A stretch of DNA of 24,163 bases. Source: a virus (Duplodnaviria; Heunggongvirae; Uroviricota; Caudoviricetes). Shown one piece after another: positions 1 through 6,966 of this stretch. Below the pieces are notes generated by a model, which had not been told where the DNA came from, ran no database searches, and saw only the letters and a program-made list of their open reading frames with translations. The first letter of the stretch is position 1. Every line of letters begins with the position of its first letter. Location: the IMG/VR virus record IMGVR_UViG_2565956616_000001, positions 1 through 24,163 of that record; one strand, given 5' to 3'. Both the position numbers and the translations under genes were made by a program.

Positions 1-407
1 GTTGACGAATTCTTGTTTTCCCGAAAGTTTCCTGACTGAAACATGGCTGCGCGATAGTCATTCCACCCTCTTGCATACATGGGATTAACTTGCACTCCAT
101 CTTTTACGCAATATGCCTGACCTCCACGGTTGATAACCTTGATTTCGTCCATAGCGCCAGACTTCAGCCCCGCATTCTCCGCCGCCAACGCCGAAAACTT
201 CTCGTGTGCCAACTTAACAGCCGAATCAGCCTGCTTAATTGACTCAATCGCTTTCTGCTGGTCTTCGGACAGAGCCGAAATCTTGGCCTCCGCTTCAGCA
301 AATTTACGCACCAGATATTCAGCGTTTGTTTCGTTAACCTTTAAATCTCGTGGGATGCATTTACCTTTCAGAAATCCATCCATCTCAATTAGTGACATTT
401 GTTTCAT
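1..407 (-). CDS. hypothetical protein, 3' end truncated by window edge (starts [16 protein letters not shown]...)
   Basis: Minus-strand ATG at 407-405 overlaps the stop of the upstream ORF in an ATGA arrangement; reading frame stays open to position 1. Not in the supplied ORF track; translated by hand. The antisense plus-strand ORF 130-477 is low complexity. Confidence 0.4.
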   Translation of the reverse strand, partial: MKQMSLIEMDGFLKGKCIPRDLKVNETNAEYLVRKFAEAEAKISALSEDQQKAIESIKQADSAVKLAHEKFSALAAENAGLKSGAMDEIKVINRGGQAYCVKDGVQVNPMYARGWNDYRAAMFQSGNFRENKNSS

Positions 408-568
408 TTCTTCCCACTCCGCCACATTGCATTCAGATATTTGTTTTGATTCACTGATGGAAAAGAATTTCTCTTAAACAATTCCTCTCTCGATGGCATT
501 GGCTTTACGCGTTGGCGAATAATCATTTCTGCCGGAAGAATGCCGGGATTGTATGCAAGTCCTCTCAT
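404..568 (-). CDS. small hypothetical protein (54 aa, [15 protein letters not shown]...)
   Basis: Internal ATG of track ORF 404..718, preceded by GAGGAA Shine-Dalgarno (plus 575-580, reverse complement) 7 nt upstream; the upstream ORF's stop lies inside this RBS. Confidence 0.35.
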   Translation of the reverse strand: MRGLAYNPGILPAEMIIRQRVKPMPSREELFKRNSFPSVNQNKYLNAMWRSGKK

Positions 569-578
569 GGTAAATTCC

Positions 579-872
579 TCAGTCATTACTGATAGCGCCA
601 TAGCGTGAGCGGTAATTACGCAGGCGCGGGTCAATTTCAGGGAAGTGGGTATATGTGGCTTTGCGGAATGGTCGGATTGATGTCTGGTAAATTCGCTCGA
701 GTTCTTCTTTCTCTGCAAGCCATATACAATGGCGAAATTCCTTTTCCTCTTTCGTTTCCTGCGGTAGCGACATTATCCGATCGTAGTTTTTTCTGAATTT
801 ATCCAGCACCTCCGATACGGAATTGCCGGAACAGCGGCGCGGGTCATCCGCACCATACAGAGGCGCTGGCAT
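579..872 (-). CDS. hypothetical protein (97 aa)
   Basis: ORF with AGGAG-like RBS (plus 879-884 CTCCTG, reverse complement) just upstream of ATG at 872; same strand and tight spacing with the exonuclease gene. Confidence 0.45.
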   Translation of the reverse strand: MPAPLYGADDPRRCSGNSVSEVLDKFRKNYDRIMSLPQETKEEKEFRHCIWLAEKEELERIYQTSIRPFRKATYTHFPEIDPRLRNYRSRYGAISND

Positions 873-888
873 GGTTTTCTCCTGTTGA

Positions 889-1437
889 TTATTTAGCTAA
901 CTTTTTCCAGATCGCTGAAACGTATTTGGCTTGGTGAATGGCATCATCAAGAGCGTTGTGGCGAGTTCCTTTGAATGGCATATCTCGCTTAGGGTCGAAT
1001 CCTATTACCTTTCCAAGCTCGACGATTGTTCTTACGTCGCGGTCATTCCACCACTGCCATGGAACTGGCTGCCCTGTCAGCGAATAACTGTTTCGGAGAA
1101 TAACGCAGTCAAATGATGCTCCATTCCCCCAAACCTGAACGAATTTGTGGTTAGCGTTCTTTATGATGAATTCAGATAACCATGAAAGAGCCGTTGAAAG
1201 CTCCTGAGTGTTGCTGGTTAGCGATTTTCTGGCTTCTTCACTCTGTTCCAGCCACCATAAAATCGTTGAAGCGTCAGGACGCGCCCGATATCGCATTGAT
1301 GACTCAAGCGAGATATTTACCGAGAACTCTTCTCCTGTTTCTCCGGTATTCGGGTCAAAGAATACCGCCCCAATAGAAATAACTGGCGCGTATGGCCCGT
1401 TGCCCATTGTTTCAAGGTCAACCATCAAGTGATTCAT
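889..1437 (-). CDS. DnaQ-like (DEDD) 3'-5' exonuclease
   Basis: Translation begins MVDLETMG (the Exo I D-x-E motif) and carries a distal H-x-A-L-x-D-A motif (HNALDDAIHQAKY), typical of DEDDh exonucleases. Confidence 0.7.
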   Translation of the reverse strand: MNHLMVDLETMGNGPYAPVISIGAVFFDPNTGETGEEFSVNISLESSMRYRARPDASTILWWLEQSEEARKSLTSNTQELSTALSWLSEFIIKNANHKFVQVWGNGASFDCVILRNSYSLTGQPVPWQWWNDRDVRTIVELGKVIGFDPKRDMPFKGTRHNALDDAIHQAKYVSAIWKKLAK

Positions 1438-1445
1438 GTAAGTCC

Positions 1446-1925
1446 TTAAATTGCGTGAATAGCGTGACGAGGGAAGGGGAGAGTTACTGGTTCCTCGTCT
1501 GGGTAGATAGGTTTGTTATGTTTGTGCCACTCGACATGACATGACTTGCAGAGCCACATTACATCGGTTGGTTTGCTGTAGTCGCAGTGGTGCGCCTGTG
1601 GTTTACATTCTGATCCGCAGCACTCACATTGTGGTGGTCGGATTAGCTTACCGTCGCGCAAAAAATTACCCACAATGATGTGGGCTTTTCTTTTCCATGG
1701 GTTGCTCTGAATGAACCGCTTTTTGGCTGCGTTACACCGTTCTCTTCCGCGTTCCGATGATTGATATTCTCTCCTTGCTGATACTCGATGTGGCAATCCA
1801 GCGCGTTCTTTGTCGTATTCAGCCAGGCAAGCCCGGCAAGCGGCAGTTAATCCATCTCTGGATGCTCTTCTGATTTGAAAGTCCCTTTCTTCCTTCTGTT
1901 GATGGCATCTTGAGCAGATTTTCAT
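1446..1925 (-). CDS. HNH-family endonuclease-like zinc-binding protein
   Basis: Cys-rich N-terminus (CSRCHQQKEERDF...CRAC) and C-terminal HNH-like motif (CECCGSECKPQAHHCDYSKPTDVMWLCKSCHVEWH). Confidence 0.6.
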   Translation of the reverse strand: MKICSRCHQQKEERDFQIRRASRDGLTAACRACLAEYDKERAGLPHRVSARREYQSSERGRERCNAAKKRFIQSNPWKRKAHIIVGNFLRDGKLIRPPQCECCGSECKPQAHHCDYSKPTDVMWLCKSCHVEWHKHNKPIYPDEEPVTLPFPRHAIHAI

Positions 1926-1934
1926 ATTCAGCTC

Positions 1935-2408
1935 CTAGAACGGAATATCCGAATCGTCGAAGTTCATAGGTGGTTCGCTGTGATTTCCATGCTGCTGAGA
2001 TTGCTGTCTTTGTTGCTGACCGTTATTTCGCTGAGGTGAAGACTGTTCATTGCCTCCTTGCTTGCCACCAAGCATTTGCATGGTTCCACCAACGCCCACG
2101 ATGACTTCGGTAGTGAACCGATCCTGTCCGCTTTGATCCTGCCATTTTCTTGTCCGCAATTTGCCTTCAAGATAAACCTCAGAGCCTTTTCGCAGATATT
2201 CGCTGGCAATTTCTGCCAGTTTCCCGCTCATTACCACACGGTGCCACTCCGTCTGCTCCTTTTGCTCTCCAGTTTGCTTATCACGCCATTGTTCTGACGT
2301 AGCAACTGTAAGGTTTGCAAATGCCGTTCCTGAAGGTGAATATCTGATTTCTGGATCATGCCCAAGGCGACCAATAATGATCACCTTATTTACGCCTCTG
2401 CTTGCCAT
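1935..2408 (-). CDS. ssb: single-stranded DNA-binding protein
   Basis: OB-fold N-terminus ([27 protein letters not shown]), Gly/Gln-rich linker and the canonical acidic tail ending DDSDIPF. Confidence 0.9.
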   Translation of the reverse strand: MASRGVNKVIIIGRLGHDPEIRYSPSGTAFANLTVATSEQWRDKQTGEQKEQTEWHRVVMSGKLAEIASEYLRKGSEVYLEGKLRTRKWQDQSGQDRFTTEVIVGVGGTMQMLGGKQGGNEQSSPQRNNGQQQRQQSQQHGNHSEPPMNFDDSDIPF

Positions 2409-3116
2409 TTATGCCGCCTGTTTTAGCTCGTTAACTCTGATGTTCATTACCTGAACGCATTTAGCCTGCGCATCCTCATTGCCAGCCATTAATTGCCAGT
2501 CACGCTGATAACGCTCGATGAGTTTTTTCTTGTCAGTTTCTGTTGACGCATAATCGCTGAAGTCTTTCAGGATTTGCTCGCAGTCAACCGATGGAGATTT
2601 CTGGTTGGTATTTTCTGGTGATGGTTTGTTATCTGATGCTGGGATTGCCCATCCCGGCAGCGATGGAGGGAGCCAGTAAAATCCTGTTCCATCCTTGAGT
2701 TTTGCCCTGTGCCATCCCTGCTTTTTATCGAGAGATGTTTGTGCGAAACCTTCCTCAAGGTTATACAGATACCGACCGATTCCCCACTGTACGGCAGTGC
2801 GCTTCATTGCACCGGAACGACCACCTTTGACGGCTTCTACCTGCGTGTTTTCAGCAGCATCCCATTTGGTTACCCATTCGGAATCAATCCTGATTGATAT
2901 GCCGCATTCAACGCCGCCGTTGTTAGGAATATCGCGGTATTCATTGCGCCATCCTGCTTTGCCACAAACATCGTCAAGGCGTTTCATGATTGCCCGGTTC
3001 GTGACATAAGCCAGCACCATAGCCCACACTTTGCCATCGCGTGTTTTACCGCTTTGCTGTATTCGCCATTCGATATCTTCAGGGCTGAATGGCTCATCGA
3101 ATTTATTCAAATCCAT
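2409..3116 (-). CDS. Rad52-like single-strand annealing protein (phage recombinase)
   Basis: 235-aa protein with a conserved core (KRTAVQWGIGRYLYNL) resembling Rad52/Sak-type annealing proteins; immediately upstream of and contiguous with ssb (stop/start adjacent at 2408/2409). Confidence 0.65.
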   Translation of the reverse strand: MDLNKFDEPFSPEDIEWRIQQSGKTRDGKVWAMVLAYVTNRAIMKRLDDVCGKAGWRNEYRDIPNNGGVECGISIRIDSEWVTKWDAAENTQVEAVKGGRSGAMKRTAVQWGIGRYLYNLEEGFAQTSLDKKQGWHRAKLKDGTGFYWLPPSLPGWAIPASDNKPSPENTNQKSPSVDCEQILKDFSDYASTETDKKKLIERYQRDWQLMAGNEDAQAKCVQVMNIRVNELKQAA

Positions 3117-3215
3117 AAATCACCTCAGAATGGACACGGCCCAAGGAAATAACGCTGATTTAATACTTCGACTCGGGACAAATTAAGGCATACCCGCATT
3201 CCTTCGCGGTCGCCA

Positions 3216-3374
3216 TTATGGCGATACCAGAGAGCTTTCTGCGTGTACATGCGTCTCTGTAACTTGCTCTCCTTCACTGTGGTTGCAAGTGACATGAATA
3301 TCTCCTTCGTTACCGATTAATTCTTTCATCTGACGAATGAATTCTTCGTCTGACCAGTTATCCGTAAAACTCAT
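3216..3374 (-). CDS. small hypothetical protein (52 aa, MSFTDNWSDEEFIRQMKEL...)
   Basis: ATG at 3374-3372 overlaps the cIII-like stop in an ATGA coupling arrangement; acidic small protein in the kil/cIII neighbourhood. Confidence 0.35.
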   Translation of the reverse strand: MSFTDNWSDEEFIRQMKELIGNEGDIHVTCNHSEGEQVTETHVHAESSLVSP

Positions 3375-3541
3375 GGACGGCCTTGTTGTTTCAAAATATC
3401 CCAAAGCTTTTCGAGCAAACTTTTCATTCTTGGTTGTTTAAAGTCTGCTCCGGTTAAAATATTTTTTCGTGAATGCTGTACCGATAAAATTGGGTTGAAA
3501 GGGCGAACCGATGCCGCCCCTGCAATAGCGAACTGTTGCAT
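3371..3541 (-). CDS. cIII: cIII-like small regulatory protein (56 aa)
   Basis: Internal Met of track ORF 3371..3646 with strong GAAGGAG Shine-Dalgarno (plus 3549-3554 CTCCTT, reverse complement). Sequence MQQFAIAG...KSLLEKLWDILKQQGRP resembles lambda cIII (MQYAIAG...LIDILNQPG) from memory. Confidence 0.5.
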   Translation of the reverse strand: MQQFAIAGAASVRPFNPILSVQHSRKNILTGADFKQPRMKSLLEKLWDILKQQGRP

Positions 3542-3604
3542 AGGATGCTCCTTCTGTTTGATTGCATAACGAAAACGCCTCGAATGAAGCGTTATTGGTA
3601 TGCA

Positions 3605-3631
3605 TATAAAAAAGCCCTCACACTGGAGGGC
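3605..3631 (-). terminator. rho-independent terminator (minus strand)
   Basis: Inverted repeat GCCCTC/GAGGGC (3614-3619 / 3626-3631) with 6-nt loop, followed on the minus strand by a U-run (plus A-run 3605-3613). Confidence 0.5.
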
Positions 3632-3749
3632 AAAGAAGATTTCCAATAATCAGAACAAGTCGGCTCCTGTTTAGTTACGAGCGACATTGCTCCGTGTATT
3701 CACTCGTTGGAATGAATACACAGTGCAGTGTTTATTCTGTTGTTAGTGC

Positions 3750-3775
3750 CAAAAATAAAGGCCGACTATGCGGCC
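3750..3775 (-). terminator. rho-independent terminator (minus strand) at the end of the 212-aa gene
   Basis: GGCCG/CGGCC stem (3760-3764 / 3771-3775) followed on the minus strand by a U-run (plus AAAAATAAA 3751-3759); the gene's stop codon lies in the loop. Confidence 0.5.
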
Positions 3776-4404
3776 TCGGAAGGAAGTCCAATCATCTTAT
3801 TCAAATCTTCTACCCGTAAAGCAGGAAGTGCTGTACTTGCTTTATCTGCTTCTTTTGGTAGCAATTCTTTGCTTTCAGGCCAAACTTCAATAAGTCGCTT
3901 AACTGTTGTGACTGAGTTCAAAGCAGCCCATACATTTGATTCGATATCCTTTTTCTTGGCTTCAAGTTTTTGTTGCAATGCGCAGATTTCATCAAACCTT
4001 TTTGTTATTTCGTGTTCTGCGCTAAACATGCATTTATCTTCGGTCGGAGTAGGGAGCAATATATCTTCGCCGTTGCCGTCTTTCCCATATGAATGCCATC
4101 CAACCCTTCGGCCAGATACAGTCAGATAAATTGAAGTAGAACGAACATCGTATGAGTAAAATGAACATCCCAGTTTTTCAAGTTCTTCACTTATAGCTAC
4201 TAACTTGGAATATAAATGATCCACTTCCTCAGTTTTCTTTTTACCGCCAAACGCAATAACTCTGGCGTCAAGTGCAAGCTGGTTCTTTAACTTTGTTACT
4301 TCTTCAAGTTCAGTGAAAACCCCAGACTTAATTAAAGCGTTACGAGCGATTTCCTCTTTCATTCTCGTAGTTAAGCGGATTGATGACATATTAATTCCTC
4401 TCAA
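3766..4404 (-). CDS. hypothetical protein (212 aa), unrecognised accessory gene
   Basis: Long ORF with GAGG-type RBS upstream of ATG 4404; hydrophilic, no recognisable motif; bracketed by terminators on both sides. Confidence 0.6.
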   Translation of the reverse strand: MRGINMSSIRLTTRMKEEIARNALIKSGVFTELEEVTKLKNQLALDARVIAFGGKKKTEEVDHLYSKLVAISEELEKLGCSFYSYDVRSTSIYLTVSGRRVGWHSYGKDGNGEDILLPTPTEDKCMFSAEHEITKRFDEICALQQKLEAKKKDIESNVWAALNSVTTVKRLIEVWPESKELLPKEADKASTALPALRVEDLNKMIGLPSEAA

Positions 4405-4502
4405 ATAAGTGGTTTGCTACCTAATTTCATTTTCTGGCGACCAACACAAGTCACGCCCATTTCACTGCGTGGCTTGCGGTAGTAAATTAGGTTTGTTCAG
4501 AC

Positions 4503-4525
4503 AATAAAAAACCCACCGAAGTGGG
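4503..4525 (-). terminator. rho-independent terminator (tL1-like) right after the N-like gene
   Basis: CCCAC-CGAA-GTGGG hairpin (4512-4525) followed on the minus strand by a U-run (plus AATAAAAAA 4503-4511). Confidence 0.55.
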
Positions 4526-4864
4526 CTATGACCATTTTTTATTTGGATTTCGTTGGTGAGCGTGATTAACAACTCTGTGCATTACATCCTCATATTTTTC
4601 ATCTTCAATTTTTTCGACATCGCGAGGAAATGGTGTTGCTAATGCTTTGTCAACTTTGTCCATTGGTTCTTCATTAATCTTATATTCAGGACCGTCATCT
4701 ATAGCATTAAATCCAGGTGTTATACCGTTTTTTAATGCATATGCTATCCTTTTTTCCCATCTCGCTATTCTCCTCCTGTCTCGAGATGTAATACCTCTAT
4801 CAGATACTTTTCTGTTTTGTCCGCTGTCAGGATTAACATAAATAGTCTTTTTCACCATAAGCAT
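4526..4864 (-). CDS. N: N-like transcription antiterminator (arginine-rich motif protein)
   Basis: First gene downstream of the OL/pL region on the leftward strand; arginine-rich motif SRDRRRIARWEKR near the N-terminus resembles boxB-binding ARMs of lambdoid N proteins. Start uncertain (TTG 4870, ATG 4864, ATG 4858); weak RBS. Confidence 0.45.
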   Translation of the reverse strand: MLMVKKTIYVNPDSGQNRKVSDRGITSRDRRRIARWEKRIAYALKNGITPGFNAIDDGPEYKINEEPMDKVDKALATPFPRDVEKIEDEKYEDVMHRVVNHAHQRNPNKKWS

Positions 4865-5126
4865 ACCCAATAAGCACCGTACGGTAGTTTACTGTACAAT
4901 TTTATTTTTTGGACTGCATGTATTTTGTTTCCTAATGGGTTTGAATCTTTGCAATAAATACTTCTATTTTTTCGAACGGCTTCTATATCAAAAAGCTGCT
5001 TTGCTTTTGTGACTAAAAGCAAAAAAGCCTTCTCGCTAATGAGCAGCATTGCCGTTCATCCTGAACCCGCCGCGCTCCCGACGCATGGTTTAATGTCGCG
5101 CCGTTCGACATGGCTTAACTATATCC

Positions 5127-5153
5127 AAAGCTATTATTGCTGTAAATAGCTAT
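5127..5153. promoter_or_regulatory. OL-type operator palindrome (AAAGCTATT-N9-AATAGCTAT) within the pL region
   Basis: 9-bp inverted arms separated by 9 bp, the same architecture as a site in the cI-cro intergenic region; AT-rich promoter-like sequence adjacent. Confidence 0.5.
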
Positions 5154-5241
5154 AGTTATAAAATAACTCCTTTGGTTATTTAGTTATTGATATCTAATGT
5201 AATTTATTTTTCTTGTATGTGAGATTTGGTGTTTTTTGGGC

Positions 5242-5265
5242 AATAAAAAACCCGCAAAAAGCGGG
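5242..5265 (-). terminator. rho-independent terminator downstream of the repressor gene (minus strand)
   Basis: CCCGC-AAAAA-GCGGG hairpin (5251-5265) followed on the minus strand by a U-run (plus AATAAAAAA 5242-5250). Confidence 0.55.
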
Positions 5266-5285
5266 TTTGTTGTGGTGTGATGAGG

Positions 5286-6017
5286 TTAGTAGTCAACTAC
5301 AGACCACCAGAAGATTCTTCCGATGATCTCGATATCGCTTAGATTCTTTTCTTCTTGTGGGTATTCCAGTGAGTTAAAGCTTCTAATGCTTACCTTGTCA
5401 GGCCCTGATCGAAAGAGAATCTTAATGCGTTTCCAACCGTTCTCGTTAATGGCGTAAATCTTTCCGTCAACTATTTTCTTATCGTTGGTGTTAACAGCAA
5501 CTGTTGTTCCATCAGGAATGTTTGGCTCCATACTGTTGCCACGAGCCGGAAAACAAACAACCCCGCTTCCATCACTGTTCGCGCCAACTCTGCGAAGGGT
5601 TGATTTGGAGAAGCGCAACATAAAGCCGTTGTGATCTTCATCAATCACCCGACCATCCCCGCATGCAAACTCAATATCTTTAAGGTAAGGAATTTCAACT
5701 TCATCACCTCTTAAAGGCGTTCCTCCATCCCATGGGTCCAAATATCCCCACGTGCTTTCATGAGGAATAGAAGATTTTGGATTATAAGGTTCAACTCCCT
5801 CATCACGCATTGGCCCAGTTCCATCTGAAAGCCATTCCGTACGAACTCCAAGCACTTTTGATATTTCAAAAAGTTTGCGCGTATTGCGTGTTTTTCCAGA
5901 CGTAAGTTTCCAGACGCTTGGCTGAGACATGCCAACAGCATTGCCAAGAGAAGCCTGAGTAAACCCAGCCTGATCCATCGCGTATGTAAGCCTTTGAGAA
6001 AAAGTATCTAGTTTCAT
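5286..6017 (-). CDS. cI: cI-type prophage repressor (HTH N-domain plus LexA-like S24 peptidase C-domain)
   Basis: N-terminal HTH (QASLGNAVGMSQPSVWKL) and C-terminal S24 autocleavage domain with catalytic Ser (GNSMEP) and a downstream Lys; divergent from cro; no Shine-Dalgarno upstream. Confidence 0.9.
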   Translation of the reverse strand: MKLDTFSQRLTYAMDQAGFTQASLGNAVGMSQPSVWKLTSGKTRNTRKLFEISKVLGVRTEWLSDGTGPMRDEGVEPYNPKSSIPHESTWGYLDPWDGGTPLRGDEVEIPYLKDIEFACGDGRVIDEDHNGFMLRFSKSTLRRVGANSDGSGVVCFPARGNSMEPNIPDGTTVAVNTNDKKIVDGKIYAINENGWKRIKILFRSGPDKVSIRSFNSLEYPQEEKNLSDIEIIGRIFWWSVVDY

Positions 6018-6028
6018 TCGTACAACCT

Positions 6029-6095
6029 ATAGCTACAGCTATTATTAGTCAAATACCTAAAGCTATTTACTTTCTGAATAGCTTTGGCTATTATT
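6029..6095. promoter_or_regulatory. OR-type operator cluster with divergent pRM/pR promoters
   Basis: Palindromes ATAGCT-AC-AGCTAT (6029-6042) and AAAGCTATT-N9-AATAGCTTT (6059-6085), plus a repeated GCTATTATT half-site (6038-6046, 6087-6095). Candidate pR -35 TTACTT (6067-6072) and -10 TATTAT (6089-6094). Confidence 0.5.
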
Positions 6096-6125
6096 CTGAT
6101 TGTGAATTCAGCAGGAGTTATTTTT

Positions 6126-6356
6126 ATGGTCAACAAGGCTATTAAAGCGGCTATTGACTCAGTAGGAAGTCAGCAAAAGTTAGCTGATGCCTGCGGTGTT
6201 AAGCAGCCGTCTGTATGGGCTTGGTTGCATGGGAAGAAAAGGGTATCCGCTGAAAATGCCAAGCGCATTGAAATGGCTACCAATGGAAGCGTCCCTGCAT
6301 ACCTGATTCGCCCTGATTTATCCGCTTTGTTCCCCAATCCGAACAAAGCAGCTTAA
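6126..6356 (+). CDS. cro: Cro-like HTH repressor
   Basis: ATG at 6126 with AGGAG RBS (6113-6117); HTH motif QQKLADACGVKQPSVWAWLHGKK; divergent from cI across the operator region. The track's TTG start at 6084 lies inside the operators. Confidence 0.7.
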   Translation: MVNKAIKAAIDSVGSQQKLADACGVKQPSVWAWLHGKKRVSAENAKRIEMATNGSVPAYLIRPDLSALFPNPNKAA

Positions 6357-6475
6357 TAAAGCAAATTTTTATACCGAACGGCCCGGTATACGGTCGGGTG
6401 CCCGGCGTGGTCAAGGATGACTGTCAATGGTGCACGATAAAAACCCAAATTATTTACCTATGGAGATAGTAAGAA

Positions 6476-6772
6476 ATGACACAAACAAGTTACAGCAAGC
6501 CAACACAGCGAGAAATTGATCGCGCTGAAACTGATTTACTCATCAACCTGTCAACGCTTACCCAGCGCGGTCTGGCAAAGATGATTGGCTGTCATGAATC
6601 GAAGATAAGCAGAACGGACTGGAGATTTATTGCTTCGGTCTTGTGTGCTTTCGGAATGGCATCAGACATCAGTCCGATTAGCAGGGCTTTTAAGTATGCG
6701 CTTGATGAAATCACAAAGAAAAAATCCCCGGCCGCCACCGAGGATTTTAAGCAAATTGATATGCAATTCTGA
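6476..6772 (+). CDS. cII: cII-like transcriptional activator
   Basis: 98-aa protein with HTH (QRGLAKMIGCHESKISR) and C-terminus KKKSPAATEDFKQIDMQF paralleling lambda cII (KKRPAATERSEQIQMEF); GGAGAT RBS. Confidence 0.8.
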   Translation: MTQTSYSKPTQREIDRAETDLLINLSTLTQRGLAKMIGCHESKISRTDWRFIASVLCAFGMASDISPISRAFKYALDEITKKKSPAATEDFKQIDMQF

Positions 6773-6804
6773 GGGAATTACTGGATCAATCCACAGGAGT
6801 AATT

Positions 6805-6966
6805 ATGACAAAACGTCGTAAGAAATACCAGGAAAAAGAAGAGATTCGACACCCTGATTCACCTGAGGGATTAGTGGTAGCCGCAGCAAATAACAGGGCG
6901 TTCGCAGAGCGCCTTGTTGGTGTTTACAGACTAGCCAAAGCAGGAGTGAAACATGGGCGTCGTTAA
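6805..6966 (+). CDS. small hypothetical basic protein (53 aa, MTKRRKKYQEKEEIRH...)
   Basis: ATG 6805 preceded by AGGAG (6795-6799); below the ORF-track size cutoff; its 3' end overlaps the O-like gene start. Confidence 0.4.
   Translation: MTKRRKKYQEKEEIRHPDSPEGLVVAAANNRAFAERLVGVYRLAKAGVKHGRR

Noticed and set aside
130-477. Plus-strand ORF of 115 aa
   Set aside because: Low-complexity Ser/Ala-rich translation with no RBS, antisense to a better-supported minus-strand ORF that is translationally coupled to its neighbours.
3542-3646. N-terminal extension of track ORF 3371..3646 (91 aa)
   Set aside because: No Shine-Dalgarno at 3646, and the extension spans a terminator hairpin (3605-3631); the internal start at 3541 has a strong RBS and gives a cIII-like protein.
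4852-5049. Minus-strand ORF of 65 aa across the pL/nutL region
   Set aside because: Overlaps the N-like gene start and operator/promoter DNA; no RBS; AT-rich regulatory region.
4871-5100. nutL boxA/boxB upstream of the N-like gene
   Set aside because: Could not find a convincing CGCTCTTA-like boxA followed by a short boxB hairpin on the minus strand; an AAAAGC/GCTTTT-flanked stem near 5000-5030 is too weak to call.
6084-6125. TTG start for cro proposed by the ORF track
   Set aside because: Lies within the OR operator/promoter sequence; ATG at 6126 has a proper AGGAG RBS.
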